DNA of 64,000 nucleotides from the NCBI GenBank assembly GCA_963422565.1, contig OY730228.1, positions 2,889,492 to 2,953,491 of the forward strand, in the 5' to 3' direction. The notes under the pieces are model-generated. The model did no database searches, was not told the DNA's origin, and saw only the letters and a list, made by a program, of their open reading frames with translations. This document shows positions 1 to 11,823 of this stretch, piece by piece. The translations under genes were made by a program, and so were the position numbers. Source of the DNA: Alphaproteobacteria bacterium (GTDB lineage: Bacteria > Pseudomonadota > Alphaproteobacteria > MPNO01). The stretch's first letter is position 1; the number at the start of each line of letters is the position of its first letter.

Positions 1-1194
1 GGTCTGGGCGCGGCCTAGAATGAGGGCGTGAATGTCGTGGGTGCCCTCATAGGTGTAGACGGTCTCCATGTTCATGTGGTGGCGCATGACATGGTATTCG
101 TCGACGATGCCGTTGCCGCCATGCATGTCGCGGGCGTCGCGGATCAGGTCGCGCGCCTTGCCGGTCGAGTTGCGCTTGAGCATGGAGATCGCCTCCGGCG
201 AGCAGTTCCCCTCGTCCATGATCCGACCGAGCCGGAGGCAGGCCTGCAAGCCGATCGCGATCTCGGTCTGCATGTCGGCGAGTTTCTTCTGGACGAGCTG
301 GTTGGCGGCGAGCGGCCGGCCGAACTGGGTTCGCTCCAGCGTGTAGCGCCGCGCCGCATGCCAGCAGAACTCGGCCGCGCCCAGCGCCCCCCAGGCGATG
401 CCGTAGCGCGCGTTGTTGAGGCAGCCGAACGGCCCGCCGAGCCCGCGCGCGTGGGGAAGCCGGTTTTCCTCGGGCACGAAGACATCGTCCATCACGATCT
501 CGCCGGTGGCGGAGGCCCGGAGCGAAAGCTTGCCCTTCGACCAGGGCGTGGTCAGACCCTCGGCGCCCCGCTCCAGGATGAAGCCGTTGATCGTCCCCTC
601 GTCGTTCTTCGCCCATACGACGAACAGGTCGGCGACCGGCGCGTGGGAGATCCAGGATTTGGAGCCCTGGAGGAGATAGCCGCCGTCGACCGATCGCGCG
701 CGCGTCTTCATGCCGCCCGGATCGGAGCCGTGATCGGGCTCGGTCAGCCCGAACGCGCCGATCCATTCGCCGGTCGCGAGCTTAGGCAGATATGTCCGCC
801 GCTGCGCCTCGGTACCGTAATTGTAGATCGGCCACATGACCAGAGAGGACTGGACCGAGAGGCTCGATCGATAGGAGGAATCCACGGCCTCGATCTCGCG
901 TGCGACCAGCCCGTAGGCGACATAGGAAGCGCCGGCGCAACCATAGCCGTGGAGCGTCGAGCCGTGCAGGCCGAGCGCGCCCATCTCGGCGATGATCTCG
1001 CGGTCGAAGCGCTCGAGATTATAGGCCTCGACGATTCGCGGCAGGAGCTTCTCCCGCGCATAGTCGCGCGCGGTGTCGCGCACCAACCGCTCGTCCTCGG
1101 TGAGCTGCGCATCCAGGAGGAGCGGATCCTCCCAGTCGATTTTGCCCCATTTACGCGGTGCGTGGACGATTCCCGCGTCGACAGTCGTCGCCAT
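1..1194 (-). CDS. gcdH: glutaryl-CoA dehydrogenase (acyl-CoA dehydrogenase family); 3' end runs off the window
   Basis: Minus-strand ATG at 1194..1192 gives [59 protein letters not shown]... The frame stays open to position 1 and ends ...[40 protein letters not shown], a typical GCDH/ACAD C-terminus. It is missing from the ORF track because the frame is open at the edge. Confidence 0.85.
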   Translation of the reverse strand, partial: MATTVDAGIVHAPRKWGKIDWEDPLLLDAQLTEDERLVRDTARDYAREKLLPRIVEAYNLERFDREIIAEMGALGLHGSTLHGYGCAGASYVAYGLVAREIEAVDSSYRSSLSVQSSLVMWPIYNYGTEAQRRTYLPKLATGEWIGAFGLTEPDHGSDPGGMKTRARSVDGGYLLQGSKSWISHAPVADLFVVWAKNDEGTINGFILERGAEGLTTPWSKGKLSLRASATGEIVMDDVFVPEENRLPHARGLGGPFGCLNNARYGIAWGALGAAEFCWHAARRYTLERTQFGRPLAANQLVQKKLADMQTEIAIGLQACLRLGRIMDEGNCSPEAISMLKRNSTGKARDLIRDARDMHGGNGIVDEYHVMRHHMNMETVYTYEGTHDIHALILGRAQT

Positions 1195-1259
1195 GGTCGA
1201 TGTTCCCTCTTGCATGGTGGATTGCGCCGTCGGCCGCGCGACTATAGGCGAAAAGGACG

Positions 1260-2735
1260 GTGCTGTGTATTGACGCGCGCGACGCGCTCCGGTCAAACCT
1301 TGGGCGGAGACAGGCGCTGGAGGTGGACGTGCCGCATACCCTCAGGACATTTCTGGAATCGATCGACAATCGGATGCTGCATGTCCGCGAACCGGTGGAT
1401 CCCGTGAGCCAGATCGGCTATCTGTGCTCCGAGAGCCGAGGTCCGTTGACGTTTCACAACCTGACCGGCTTTCCTGGCTGGCGCCTGACGGACATCCTCA
1501 TCAAGGACCGCCACGGTCAGGCCGCGGCGCTCGGCCTCGACGACGTGAAGGAGGTCTGCCCGTATCTCGCCGGGCGCATGGCGGCCGGTCGCGGCCGGTC
1601 GGTCTTGGTCGACGACGGTCCGGTCAAGGAGGTCAAGCGGCTCGGCAAGGATGTCGATCTGCACCGGCTGCCGATCCCGCAGCATTCGGTCGGCGACGGG
1701 GGGCGCTATCTCGGCTCCGGAATCACCATCACCAGGGACCCCGAGACCGGCATCCGCAACGAGTCGATCATCCGCATGATGCTCACCGACGACCCGCGGA
1801 AATGCACGTTCTGGATGGCGGCGCGGCACAACTACGCCCACTATCTCAAATATGTCGCAAAGGATGCGCCGATGCCGATGGCCTTCGCCATCGGGTTGCA
1901 TCCGGTCTACGAGATCATGTCCAACTGGTCGGGGCGGCACGAGGACTTCGACGAGTTGGAATACGGTGCCGGCGTGCTCGGCGAAGATATCGAGATGATC
2001 CGCTGCGAGACCATCGACCTCGAGGTGCCGGCGCACGCCGAGATCGTCATCGAGGGGCTGGTTCACCCGCGCGACCGCATCCCCGAGGGGCCGTTCGGCG
2101 AGTTCACGACCTTCGGTTCGGGCGCCGAGGGGCCGGCGCCGGTTTTCCAGGTCACCGGCGTCACCCATCGTCGGGACCCGATCTTCCGCCACATGCAGGC
2201 GACCTGGTTCACCGACCACCAGCCTCTGATCACGCTGCCGATGGAGGCGACCTATTTCAACCGCCTGCGCGACACCCACGGCAACAGCCGCATCCTGGAC
2301 GTGTTCGTGCCGCCCTGGGCGTCGCAGTTCATGATGATCGTCCAGATGGAGGCGAAGTGGGACGGCCAGGCGCGCGACGTGCTGATGTCGGCGCTGACCG
2401 GTCCCAACCTTCACGTCAAGGTGGCGATCGCCGTCGACGAGGACGTCGACATCTACGATGCCCAGGACGTGATGTGGGCGCTGTCCTGCCGTACCAACCC
2501 GGCGGAGCATGTGCATGTCATGCCAGGGTCGCGGCTCCACCCGCTCGACATCTCGATCCCCGAGATCGGCGACGAATATACGGTGATGCGGATCGGCGGC
2601 AAGCTCGCCATCGACGCGACCAAGCCGCCGACCTGGAGGGCGGCGGAGCGCGCGCGGTTCAAACGGGTCGACCCCAGCGGCAAGGGCGACCCGGCGCTCG
2701 CCGCGCTCCTCGAACAGGTTCGGATACCGCGCTGA
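1260..2735 (+). CDS. UbiD-family (prenylated-FMN dependent) decarboxylase; true start uncertain (a GTG near 1324 or the ATG at 1374 are possible)
   Basis: The 491-aa ORF carries [21 protein letters not shown]...[18 protein letters not shown]...[13 protein letters not shown], which matches the UbiD / 3-octaprenyl-4-hydroxybenzoate carboxy-lyase family. It is divergent from gcdH. Confidence 0.8.
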   Translation: MLCIDARDALRSNLGRRQALEVDVPHTLRTFLESIDNRMLHVREPVDPVSQIGYLCSESRGPLTFHNLTGFPGWRLTDILIKDRHGQAAALGLDDVKEVCPYLAGRMAAGRGRSVLVDDGPVKEVKRLGKDVDLHRLPIPQHSVGDGGRYLGSGITITRDPETGIRNESIIRMMLTDDPRKCTFWMAARHNYAHYLKYVAKDAPMPMAFAIGLHPVYEIMSNWSGRHEDFDELEYGAGVLGEDIEMIRCETIDLEVPAHAEIVIEGLVHPRDRIPEGPFGEFTTFGSGAEGPAPVFQVTGVTHRRDPIFRHMQATWFTDHQPLITLPMEATYFNRLRDTHGNSRILDVFVPPWASQFMMIVQMEAKWDGQARDVLMSALTGPNLHVKVAIAVDEDVDIYDAQDVMWALSCRTNPAEHVHVMPGSRLHPLDISIPEIGDEYTVMRIGGKLAIDATKPPTWRAAERARFKRVDPSGKGDPALAALLEQVRIPR

Positions 2736-2763
2736 CGGTCCCCCCGACCGGCCGCAAACCCGG

Positions 2764-4173
2764 TCAGACGCTGTAATACATCGCGAACTCGATCGGGTGC
2801 GGCGTGTACTCGAAAGCCTGTATTTCTTCGCGCCTGAGGTCCAGATAGCCGTCGATCAGATCGTCCGAAAACACGTCGCCCCGCTTGAGGAACGCCCGGT
2901 CGGTATCCAGAGCATCGACGGCCTCGCGGAGCGACCCGCAGACGGTCGGCACGTCCTCGAGCTCCTCGGGCGGCAGATCGTAGAGGTTCTTGTCCATCGG
3001 GTCGCCCGGATGGATCCTGTTCTCGATCCCGTCGATGCCGGCCATAAGCATCGCGGCGAAGGTGAGATAGGGGTTGGCCGCCGGGTCCGGGAAACGGACC
3101 TCGACCCGCTTGCCGTTGGGGCTCGATGCGAACGGGATGCGGCAGGCGGCGGAGCGGTTGCGCCCGGAATAGGCGAGCAGGACCGGCGCCTCGAAGCCGG
3201 GCACGAGACGCTTGTAGCTGTTGGTGGTTGGGTTGGAGAAGGCGTTGATTGCCTTGGCGTGCCGGATGATGCCGCCGATATAGTGGAGCGCCGTCTCGGA
3301 GAGGTCGGCATAGCCCGGCCCCGCGAAGATCGGCTCGCCGTTCTTCCAGATCGACTGATGCACATGCATTCCGGAGCCGTTGTCGTCGATCACGGGCTTC
3401 GGCATGAAGGTCGCCGTCTTACCGTAGGAATGGGCGACCGAATGGACGACGTATTTATATATCTGCACCTGATCGGCTATCCGGAGCAGATCGGTGCCGC
3501 GCATTCCGAGCTCGTTCTGGCTCGGTGCCACCTCGTGATGGTGCTTCTCGATGTCGATCCCCATCTCGCCCATCACGGTAAGCATCTCCGCCCGCAGATC
3601 AGCCATCGAATCCACCGGCGGCACCGGGAAGTATCCACCCTTGATCGCCGGCCGATGGCCGACATTGCCGCCGTCGAACTCGCGCCCGCTGTTATACGGT
3701 CCTTCTTCCTCGTCGATCGCATAGAAGCTCTTGTTCATCGACACATTGAAGCGGACATCGTCGAAGACGAAGAATTCGAGCTCTGGGCCGAACATGGCGG
3801 TGTCTCCGATCCCGCTCTGGTTGAGATAGGCGTGGGCGAGCCGCGCCGTCGAGCGGGGGTCGCGGGAATAGGGCTGTCCGGTGGTCGGCTCGAGCACATC
3901 GCAGAAGAGGATCAGCGAGGTCTGGGCGGAGAACGGGTCGAGCGTCGCGGTACCCAGGTCGGGCATCAGGCACATGTCGGATTCCGAGATGTCCTTCCAC
4001 CCGGCAATCGACGACCCATCGAACATCACCCCGCTCGCCAGCGCGTCTTCATCGATCGTGCGCACGGCCTGGGCGGTGTGCTGCCATTTGCCGCGCGGGT
4101 CGGTGAAGCGGAAGTCGACGTATTTGACGTCGTGCTCCTCGATCATCTCGAGAATCCTGGAGGCGTCGGACAT
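2764..4173 (-). CDS. glnA: glutamine synthetase type I
   Basis: The 469-aa ORF reads [32 protein letters not shown]...[25 protein letters not shown]...NRSAACRIP, the canonical GSI sequence. Confidence 0.95.
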   Translation of the reverse strand: MSDASRILEMIEEHDVKYVDFRFTDPRGKWQHTAQAVRTIDEDALASGVMFDGSSIAGWKDISESDMCLMPDLGTATLDPFSAQTSLILFCDVLEPTTGQPYSRDPRSTARLAHAYLNQSGIGDTAMFGPELEFFVFDDVRFNVSMNKSFYAIDEEEGPYNSGREFDGGNVGHRPAIKGGYFPVPPVDSMADLRAEMLTVMGEMGIDIEKHHHEVAPSQNELGMRGTDLLRIADQVQIYKYVVHSVAHSYGKTATFMPKPVIDDNGSGMHVHQSIWKNGEPIFAGPGYADLSETALHYIGGIIRHAKAINAFSNPTTNSYKRLVPGFEAPVLLAYSGRNRSAACRIPFASSPNGKRVEVRFPDPAANPYLTFAAMLMAGIDGIENRIHPGDPMDKNLYDLPPEELEDVPTVCGSLREAVDALDTDRAFLKRGDVFSDDLIDGYLDLRREEIQAFEYTPHPIEFAMYYSV

Positions 4174-4228
4174 ATCTGAGCTCCTCTATGCGTTCGTGAG
4201 TGGGAGGCCGGGCCGGCTGCAGGAGGGC

Positions 4229-4927
<699 letters not shown>

Positions 4928-4976
4928 TCATGAGGCCGATCGTGACATTGAGCGTCGGTCCTAAGCGTTCCGATCG

Positions 4977-5168
4977 ATGAGCGCCGAACTCATCGCGATC
5001 CTGGCCGTCGGCGTCGCCGATCTCGTGCTCAACGGCCAGCGCGCCAACCGCACCGAGACCGTCGGGATCCGCGACGAGATCGGCGATCTGGGGGAACGCA
5101 TGGCGAAGCTCGAAGGACTTCTCGAGGGTCTCCGCGAGGCTATCTCCGGCCGCCGGAGCGCCGTATAG
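4977..5168 (+). CDS. small hypothetical protein (63 aa)
   Basis: The ORF reads MSAELIAILAVGVADLVLNGQRANRTETVGIRDEIGDLGERMAKLEGLLEGLREAISGRRSAV. It is GC3-rich like the host genes. I recognise no family. Confidence 0.3.
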   Translation: MSAELIAILAVGVADLVLNGQRANRTETVGIRDEIGDLGERMAKLEGLLEGLREAISGRRSAV

Positions 5169-5333
5169 CCGCTTCCGGCCTCCGACCATCGTTTCGCGCC
5201 ATCTGCCGGCCCGTTTCGGACCGCCGTCCGCGCGCCCGGCAATACCGTCCGTCCGTCCGTAAGCTGTCCGACAAGCCGAGGCTACCCCACCGGTGGGGGC
5301 GCCGCCGCTTCCGCCCGCTTCGCGAGACGCCGT

Positions 5334-6989
5334 TCAGGCGACCGAGCGCATCCCGCCGGCGCGCGCGGAGGCCTTGATCATATCGGCCGCCTTCTCGCCG
5401 ATCATGATGGTCGGCGCGTTGGTGTTGCCGCCGACGATCGTTGGCATCACCGAGGCGTCGACCACCCGTAATCCGTCTACCCCGCGGACCCGGAGTTCCG
5501 GATCGACGACCGAGGCGGGGTCGACCCCCATCCGACAGGTCCCGACCGGGTGGAAGATCGTCGCCGAGTTCCGGCGCACCCAGTCGGCGAGGTCTGCGCC
5601 GTCGCCTATCTCGGGACCCGGCAGCCGTTCGCGCCCGCGATGTGCGTCGAAGGCGGGAGCGCGGATCAGCCGGCGCGCCAACCGGAACCCGGCCGTCAAG
5701 GTCTCCAGGTCGCCTTCTCCGGAGAAGAAGGCGGGATCGATCGCGGGCGCCGCCTCCGGGTCCGGGCTGGCGGGGGTGACGCTCCCCCGGCTCTTCGGAC
5801 GCAGCAGCACCGCGGTGATGCTGAAGCCATGCCCCCAGCCGAACGGTCTACCGTTCTTGCCGCGCTGTCCGGGGACGAAGACGAGCTGGATGTCGGGGCG
5901 GGAGCATGTCGGGTCGGTGCGAACGAAGCCGCCGCTCTCGATCAGGTTGCTCGCCCAGAAGCCGCGCCGGGCGAGCGCGTACTCGGCGACGCTCCAGGCC
6001 ATGCGCGGAAGGCTGCGGAGTGACAGGCCGTAGGCGGCAGTGGTCGAGTTGTCGAAATCGCTCCGCGCGGCGGCGTGATCCTGCAGGTTGCGCCCGACCT
6101 CCGGCAGGTCGTGGACGACCGGAATCCCGAGCCGGGCGAGCGTCTCTCCGCTGCCGATGCCGGACAGCATCAGGAGATGCGGCGAGGCGATTGCGCCGGC
6201 CGACAGGATGATCTCGTGCCGTACGCGAATCTCCTCCGTGCCGGCGGGGCCGGTAAGCGCGATCCCGACGGCGCGCCGCTTCTCGACGATCACGCGGGTG
6301 ACCCGGCGGCCGGTCAGCACCTCGAGATTGCGGCGCCGGAGGGCCGGCGTCAGGAAGGCTGTCGCCGCCGAGCAGCGCCGCCCGTTCTTCTGGGTGACCT
6401 GGTGGACCCCGAATCCTTCCTGCTCGGCGCCGTTGAAGTCGCGGTTATGTCGGAATTGCAGGCTCTCGGCGGCGGCGACGAAGACATCGCCGAGCGGGTT
6501 GGGCCGGTCGATGAAGGTCACCGTCAGCGGTCCCCCCTGGCCGTGCAGGGCGTCGTCGCCGAAGCATTCGTTGCGCTCGGACTTGAGGAAGTAGGGCAAC
6601 ACCCCGTCCCAGCCCCAACCGGCGAGGCCGGTGGCGGCCCACTCCTCGTAATCGTCGCGATGGCCGCGGACATAGACCATGCCGTTGATCGCGCTCGAGC
6701 CGCCCAGCGCGCGCCCGCGCGGGATATAGACCGAAGCGCCGTCCATCCGGTGCTGGGGCACTGTCTCGAACCGCCAGTTCAGGTTCCGATGGCGCATCAG
6801 CGCGAACAGGGCGGCGGGGATGTGGATGAGCGGGTTGCGGTCACGCGGCCCGGCTTCGACCAGGCAGACGCGGCAGGCGGGATCCTCGCTCAGCCGTCCG
6901 GCGAGCACGCATCCCGCGGATCCGCCTCCGACGATGACGTAATCGACGCTGCCCCCGTCCTTGAACTCGGTATCCGGCATGGCTCGCAT
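5334..6989 (-). CDS. GMC-family FAD oxidoreductase (choline dehydrogenase-like)
   Basis: The sequence has DYVIVGGGSAGCVLAGRLSED...GGSSAINGMVYVRG...HPVGTCRMG...VDASVMPTIVGGNTNAPTIMIGEKAADMI, which are GMC oxidoreductase signatures. The start may be the second ATG, giving MPDTE... at 6980. Confidence 0.9.
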   Translation of the reverse strand: MRAMPDTEFKDGGSVDYVIVGGGSAGCVLAGRLSEDPACRVCLVEAGPRDRNPLIHIPAALFALMRHRNLNWRFETVPQHRMDGASVYIPRGRALGGSSAINGMVYVRGHRDDYEEWAATGLAGWGWDGVLPYFLKSERNECFGDDALHGQGGPLTVTFIDRPNPLGDVFVAAAESLQFRHNRDFNGAEQEGFGVHQVTQKNGRRCSAATAFLTPALRRRNLEVLTGRRVTRVIVEKRRAVGIALTGPAGTEEIRVRHEIILSAGAIASPHLLMLSGIGSGETLARLGIPVVHDLPEVGRNLQDHAAARSDFDNSTTAAYGLSLRSLPRMAWSVAEYALARRGFWASNLIESGGFVRTDPTCSRPDIQLVFVPGQRGKNGRPFGWGHGFSITAVLLRPKSRGSVTPASPDPEAAPAIDPAFFSGEGDLETLTAGFRLARRLIRAPAFDAHRGRERLPGPEIGDGADLADWVRRNSATIFHPVGTCRMGVDPASVVDPELRVRGVDGLRVVDASVMPTIVGGNTNAPTIMIGEKAADMIKASARAGGMRSVA

Positions 6990-7369
6990 CGCCTCGCGCT
7001 TCGTTCCCCCCGGGCGAGGCTATTCTACGCAGACGGGCGCCGGTCGGCAGCCGTTCCGCGGCGGCGCGCCGGACCGAGGCCAAGCGATCCGATAGGACCG
7101 CGCTGCTCGGTCATCGGCGCATCGATGCCGAAGCCGGTGAAGCGGCGCCACAATGCCTGCAGCGCGGGAACTGCCGTTTCCAGCCCGTGTGCGACGATCG
7201 CCGCGCGGACCGTGCGAACGGTCGTCGGATCGCGTCCCCGACCAACGTCGTCAACGCCTCGTCTGGCAGCGATGCGACCGATAGCGCGGACGCGCGCCGG
7301 GCCGGTGTTCCGCCGCTATCGGCGGCTCCGAAGAGATCGATCTGTCGGGCCACGGCCGCGACCCGACGC

Positions 7370-8158
7370 CTATCTGCCCTGGAACCGCGGTGGGCGCTTC
7401 TCCATGAAAGCCGTCCGGCCCTCGACATAGTCGGCGCTGCGGTAGCAGTCGTCGATCAACACGCGGCACGCCTCGAGATCGCGGTCGGCGTCGGGCTTGA
7501 GGACCTCGCCGATGATCAGCTTCATTCCCTTGACGGTCAGCGGCGCGTTCGCGGCCACCATATCCGCATAGCTGGCGACGAAGTCGTGGAGCGTCCCGTC
7601 GGGAACGACCTTCTGGACCAGGCCGATCCGCAGCGCTTCGTCGGCGTCGAGCCGGCGGGCCGAGAAGGTGATGTCCCGCGCGGCGCCGGGCCCTACGGTG
7701 TCGACCAGCCGCTTGATCCCGGCGAATCCGTAACCGAGCCCGAGCCGCGCCGCCGGCAGGCCGAATTGGGACTTCGCCGAGCAGAACCGGAGATCACAGC
7801 AGACCGCGAGCGCGAGCCCGCCGCCTATGCAGTAGCCGTCGATTTCGGCGATGGTTGGCTTTGGCAGCGTCTCGAGTCTCTCGTTGGCGGCGGCGACGCG
7901 GTCGTTGTAACGGCGGATCGCCTCCGCGCTGTCGCGCTCCTCCCCGAAGCGCGAGATGTCCGCCCCCGAGACGAAGGATTTGCCGCCGGCGCCCGACAGG
8001 ATGACGACGCGGATCTCCGGGTCGCGGGCGAAATCGGCCAGGATCGTCTCCGCCGCCTCCCACATCGCCAGTGAGACCGCGTTGCGCCGTTCCGGGTTGT
8101 TGAAGATCATCTGCCCGATCGGGCCGGTCTTGCGCGAGAGCATCTTGTCGGTCGTCAT
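7370..8158 (-). CDS. enoyl-CoA hydratase/isomerase family protein
   Basis: The ORF (262 aa) carries IRVVILSGAGGKSFVSGADISRF...GYCIGGGLALAVCCDLRFCSAKSQFGLPAARLGLGYG..., the crotonase fold signature. Confidence 0.9.
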   Translation of the reverse strand: MTTDKMLSRKTGPIGQMIFNNPERRNAVSLAMWEAAETILADFARDPEIRVVILSGAGGKSFVSGADISRFGEERDSAEAIRRYNDRVAAANERLETLPKPTIAEIDGYCIGGGLALAVCCDLRFCSAKSQFGLPAARLGLGYGFAGIKRLVDTVGPGAARDITFSARRLDADEALRIGLVQKVVPDGTLHDFVASYADMVAANAPLTVKGMKLIIGEVLKPDADRDLEACRVLIDDCYRSADYVEGRTAFMEKRPPRFQGR

Positions 8159-8176
8159 TACCTTCGTCCCCGGAGG

Positions 8177-9370
8177 TTAGATCACGCCGCGATTGCGTAG
8201 CCGAGCGATCTCGTCGACATCGAGGCCGGCGGCAGAAAGGATCTCGTCGGTATGCGCGCCCGGCGCCGGCGCCGGCGCCGCCAACCTGCTCGGCGTGCGG
8301 CCGAGCGCAACCGGCTGGCCCAGCATGCGCGTTCGCCCGAAGGGCAGCGTCTCGATCGGCTGCGCCATGCCGAGATGGGCGACCTGCGGGTCCTCGAAGA
8401 CTTGTCCGATGTCGTAGATCGGCCCGGCCGGGACGCCCGCTTCGGCGAACAGCGCGATCCAGTGCCCGGACGGGCGTGTCCGGGTGATCGCCTCGATCAT
8501 GGCGTTGAGCGCCTGCCGGTTGGTCGACCGGTCCGGTTCGGCCGCGAACCGCTCGTCCTCGATCCATTCCGGCCGCTCCATCGCGCGGCAGAACCTGTCC
8601 CACATCCTCTGCCCCGAGACGCCGATATTGATGTGGCCGTCGGCGGTGCGGAACACCCCGGTCGGGATCGTCGTCGGATGGTCGTTGCCGGCCTGGCCGG
8701 GGATTGTGCCGTCGATGAGATAGCGCGCCGCCTGGAAGTCGAGCATGAAGACCTGGGCCTGGAGCAGGGATGTCTGCACCCACTGCCCCCGCCCCGAGGC
8801 CTCGCGTTCGAGGAGGGCGACCAGGATCCCGAGTGCGCAGTAGAGACCCGCCGTCAGGTCGGCGATGGGGATGCCCGCGCGCATCGGGCCGTCGCCGGGC
8901 GCGCCGGTGATCGACATCAGCCCGCCCATCCCCTGGGCGATCTGGTCGAAGCCGCCCCGCCCGGCCAGGGGGCCGTCCTGGCCGAAGCCGGAGATGCTAC
9001 CGAGCACGATGCGCGGGTTGACCGCCGCCAGGGCCTCGTAGTCGATCCCGAGCCGCGTCTTCACGTCCGGCCGGAAATTCTCCACCACGACATCGGCGGT
9101 CTCGACCAGCCGCATGAAGATGGCATGGCCGTCCGCGTCCTTGAGGTCGAGCGTCAGCGATCGCTTGTTCCGGTTGAGGCTTTGGAAGTCCGAGGAGGCG
9201 TTGGGCGCCCCGAGGGCGCCGTCGGCCCCGCGCGAGACCGGCGGCTCGATGCGGATCACGTCGGCGCCCCAATCGGCCATCTGGCGGACGCAGTTCGGGC
9301 CCGACCGCACGCGGGAAAGGTCGAGGACACGGATTCGGCGGAGCGCGTCGGAGGCTGGCAGATGCGGCAT
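8177..9370 (-). CDS. CoA-transferase family III (CaiB/BaiF-like)
   Basis: Internal ATG at 9370..9368 gives MPHLPASDALRRIRVLDLSRVRSGPNCVRQMADWGADVIRIEPP...ENFRPDVKTRLGIDYEAL...FGQDGPLAGRGGFDQIAQGMGGLMSITG. The ORF-track N-extension to 9535 is Arg/Pro-rich and probably spurious. Confidence 0.88.
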   Translation of the reverse strand: MPHLPASDALRRIRVLDLSRVRSGPNCVRQMADWGADVIRIEPPVSRGADGALGAPNASSDFQSLNRNKRSLTLDLKDADGHAIFMRLVETADVVVENFRPDVKTRLGIDYEALAAVNPRIVLGSISGFGQDGPLAGRGGFDQIAQGMGGLMSITGAPGDGPMRAGIPIADLTAGLYCALGILVALLEREASGRGQWVQTSLLQAQVFMLDFQAARYLIDGTIPGQAGNDHPTTIPTGVFRTADGHINIGVSGQRMWDRFCRAMERPEWIEDERFAAEPDRSTNRQALNAMIEAITRTRPSGHWIALFAEAGVPAGPIYDIGQVFEDPQVAHLGMAQPIETLPFGRTRMLGQPVALGRTPSRLAAPAPAPGAHTDEILSAAGLDVDEIARLRNRGVI

Positions 9371-9386
9371 CGGAAACTCCCGAGAT

Positions 9387-10706
9387 TCAGCGAGGCGCGC
9401 GTCCGGTTTCGCCTCGATCGACATTGCCGACGCGGTCCAGCCGCAGCCGCAGGGAGAGGGCATGGGCGTCGAGCCCCTCCGCCTCGGCGAGGATGGCGGC
9501 GCTCGGTCCGATTGCGGCCAGCGCCTCCGCGTCACAGCCGATCATCGTGGTCCGCTTCATGAAGTCCAGCACGCCCAGACCCGAGGAGAAACGGGCGCTG
9601 CGTGATGTCGGCAAGACATGGTTGGGACCGGCTATGTAGTCGCCCACCGCCTCGGGGGTGTACCGCCCGAAGAAGATCGCGCCGGCGTGGCGCACCCGCT
9701 CGGCCAGCGCTTCGGCGCACTCGCAGGCGAGCTCCAGATGTTCGGGCGCGAGGCGGTCGATCAGCGGCGGCGCGTCGTCCAGGCTCTCGGCGACGATGAC
9801 CGCGCCCTGGGTCGTCCAGCTTCGCCGCGCGATGTCGGCGCGCGGCAACCGCGCCAGCAGCGTCTCCGCCGCCGCCTCGACCGCATCCGCGAAGGTCGCG
9901 TCGTCGGCGATCAGGATCGGTTGCGCCTGCGGGTCGTGCTCGGCCTGCGAAAGCAGGTCGGCGGCGATCCATTCGGGGTCGCTGGCGGCGTCGGAGACGA
10001 CCAGGATCTCGGACGGGCCGGCGATCAGGTCGATTCCGACCGTGCCGAAGACCCGGCGCTTGGCCGTCGCGACATAGGCGTTGCCGGGGCCGGTGATCTT
10101 GTCGACCGGGGCGATGGTCCGGGTGCCGTAGGCGAAGGCGCCGATCGCCTGCGCGCCGCCCACCCGCCAGATCTCGTCGATTCCCGCGATGTCGGCCGCG
10201 GCGAGGACCGCCGGGGCGAGGCGGCCGTCGGGCGCCGGCACGGCCATGGCGATCCGCGCGACCCCCGCGATGCGGGCGGGCACCGCGTTCATCAGCACCG
10301 AGCTCGGATAGGCCGCGGTGCCGCCGGGGGTGTAGATGCAGACGGAGTCGATCGGCGTCCAGCGCTCGCCCAGCCGGACGCCCGCCCGGTCCCGGAACGA
10401 GATCGGCGCGGGGATCTGGCGGCGGTGGAACGCCGCGATCCGGGCGGCAGCCTCCTCGATCGCGGCGATCAGCCTGGCCGGGCAGGCGGTCCGCGCGGCG
10501 CGGCGCTCCGCCGCGGTGACGGCGAGGGACGCGGCGTCGGCGACCCGGAAGCGGTCGTAGCGGGCCGTGAGTTCGACCAGCGCGTCATCGCCGCGCGCGC
10601 GGACCTCGCGGAGGATGCGCGAGACGTCCTCGCCCACATCCGCTTCCGCCGCCAGACGGCGCGCGAGAAGCGCCGCGAACCGTTCCTCGAACCCGGCAGC
10701 GCCCAT
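9387..10706 (-). CDS. hisD: histidinol dehydrogenase
   Basis: ATG at 10706..10704 gives MGAAGFEERFAALLARR...SVCIYTPGGTAAYPSSVLMNAVPARIAGV...QAEHDPQAQ...HLE, the HisD signatures. The annotated N-extension overlaps hisG and is spurious. Confidence 0.92.
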   Translation of the reverse strand: MGAAGFEERFAALLARRLAAEADVGEDVSRILREVRARGDDALVELTARYDRFRVADAASLAVTAAERRAARTACPARLIAAIEEAAARIAAFHRRQIPAPISFRDRAGVRLGERWTPIDSVCIYTPGGTAAYPSSVLMNAVPARIAGVARIAMAVPAPDGRLAPAVLAAADIAGIDEIWRVGGAQAIGAFAYGTRTIAPVDKITGPGNAYVATAKRRVFGTVGIDLIAGPSEILVVSDAASDPEWIAADLLSQAEHDPQAQPILIADDATFADAVEAAAETLLARLPRADIARRSWTTQGAVIVAESLDDAPPLIDRLAPEHLELACECAEALAERVRHAGAIFFGRYTPEAVGDYIAGPNHVLPTSRSARFSSGLGVLDFMKRTTMIGCDAEALAAIGPSAAILAEAEGLDAHALSLRLRLDRVGNVDRGETGRAPR

Positions 10707-10713
10707 GTCCAGC

Positions 10714-11385
10714 CTAGCCGGCATCGACACCGTCCCGGAAGCGGTCGATCCAGGCCCCGATCTCGTCCGGACGGGTCTTGAGAGCGGCCCGGTTGATCGC
10801 GAGCCGCGCGCTGATCTCCGCGATCGTCTCGACCTCGACGAGGCCGTTGGCGCGGAGCGTGTCGCCGGTCGAGACCAGGTCGACGATCCGGCGGCAGAGG
10901 CCGAGCCTGGGGGCGAGCTCCAGCGCCCCGTTGAGCTTGATGCATTCGGCCTGAACGCCGCGCCGCGCGAAATGGCGCCGGGTGATGGCCGGATACTTGG
11001 TAGCGACCCGCACATGGCTCCAGCGCGAGGGGTCCTCCGCGGCCAGCAGCCCCGCGGTCGCCGCCACCGCCATGCGGCAGCGGCCGATCCCGAGATCGAG
11101 CGGTGCGTAGAGCTCGGAATAATCGAACTCCATCAGCACGTCGTTCCCCGCGACGCCCATATGCGCGGCCCCGAAGGCGACGAAGGTCGCGACGTCGAAG
11201 CTGCGGACGCGGATGATCGTCAACCCGTCGATATTGGTCTCGAAGCGAAGCTGCCGCGCGCGGTCGTCGTTGAAGGCGGGTTCGGGCACGATCCCGGCGG
11301 CGGCGAGAAGTGGCCGCAACTCCTCCAGGATCCGACCCCTCGGAACCGCCATGACCAGCCTCTTGCGGGCCGTCTTCCCAGCCAT
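10714..11385 (-). CDS. hisG: ATP phosphoribosyltransferase, short form
   Basis: The 223-aa ORF reads ...[21 protein letters not shown]...[31 protein letters not shown]...[14 protein letters not shown]. It stops 7 bp before the hisD start. Confidence 0.92.
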   Translation of the reverse strand: MAGKTARKRLVMAVPRGRILEELRPLLAAAGIVPEPAFNDDRARQLRFETNIDGLTIIRVRSFDVATFVAFGAAHMGVAGNDVLMEFDYSELYAPLDLGIGRCRMAVAATAGLLAAEDPSRWSHVRVATKYPAITRRHFARRGVQAECIKLNGALELAPRLGLCRRIVDLVSTGDTLRANGLVEVETIAEISARLAINRAALKTRPDEIGAWIDRFRDGVDAG

Positions 11386-11391
11386 GCGCGT

Positions 11392-11823
11392 TCAACCCCG
11401 GTCGTGGTTCGGCCGCCAGCGCGTCGGCCAGCGATGGTCGAGATCGTCCATGCGACAGGCGATTCCGGAAGCCTCCAACCGGATATCGGCGCTGCCGGAG
11501 AATATCAGGTCGATATAGCCGTCGCCGGCCCGGATGGCGAGCAAGGCGAGGACACTGTCCCGCCGCCTGGGGTCGAAGCCCCGCCGCTTCACGCCGGCGA
11601 CGTTATGGAAGGAGACGGCGCAGTTGATCCGCTCATAGGGAACGCCCGCCGCTAAGCCGTCCGAGGCGCCTTCCCAGGCGAACCGGCTGCACACGAAGGC
11701 GAACACGCCTTCGCCGGCCAGATAGGACATCTCGCCGATCGGAACGGCGGCGTCCTGGAGGCAGGAGGAGACGATCGCGAGATCTTCCGCGTCCGTCGCG
11801 GCGAGTCTGAGCGGGTTGCTCAT
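11392..11823 (-). CDS. DUF2948-family hypothetical protein
   Basis: The 143-aa ORF reads [51 protein letters not shown]..., matching the conserved alphaproteobacterial DUF2948 protein usually found beside murA and hisD. Confidence 0.75.
   Translation of the reverse strand: MSNPLRLAATDAEDLAIVSSCLQDAAVPIGEMSYLAGEGVFAFVCSRFAWEGASDGLAAGVPYERINCAVSFHNVAGVKRRGFDPRRRDSVLALLAIRAGDGYIDLIFSGSADIRLEASGIACRMDDLDHRWPTRWRPNHDRG

Noticed and set aside
28-1407. 459-aa plus-strand ORF covering the first 1.4 kb
   Set aside because: Its translation is Arg/Ala/Gly-rich and low-complexity. It is antisense to a clear glutaryl-CoA dehydrogenase gene on the minus strand. This is a typical spurious ORF in high-GC DNA.
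6990-7369. Small ORFs (80-105 aa) in the gap between the GMC oxidoreductase and enoyl-CoA hydratase genes
   Set aside because: The translations are Arg/Ser/Ala-rich with no recognisable fold. They overlap one another in different frames. Most likely this is intergenic DNA.
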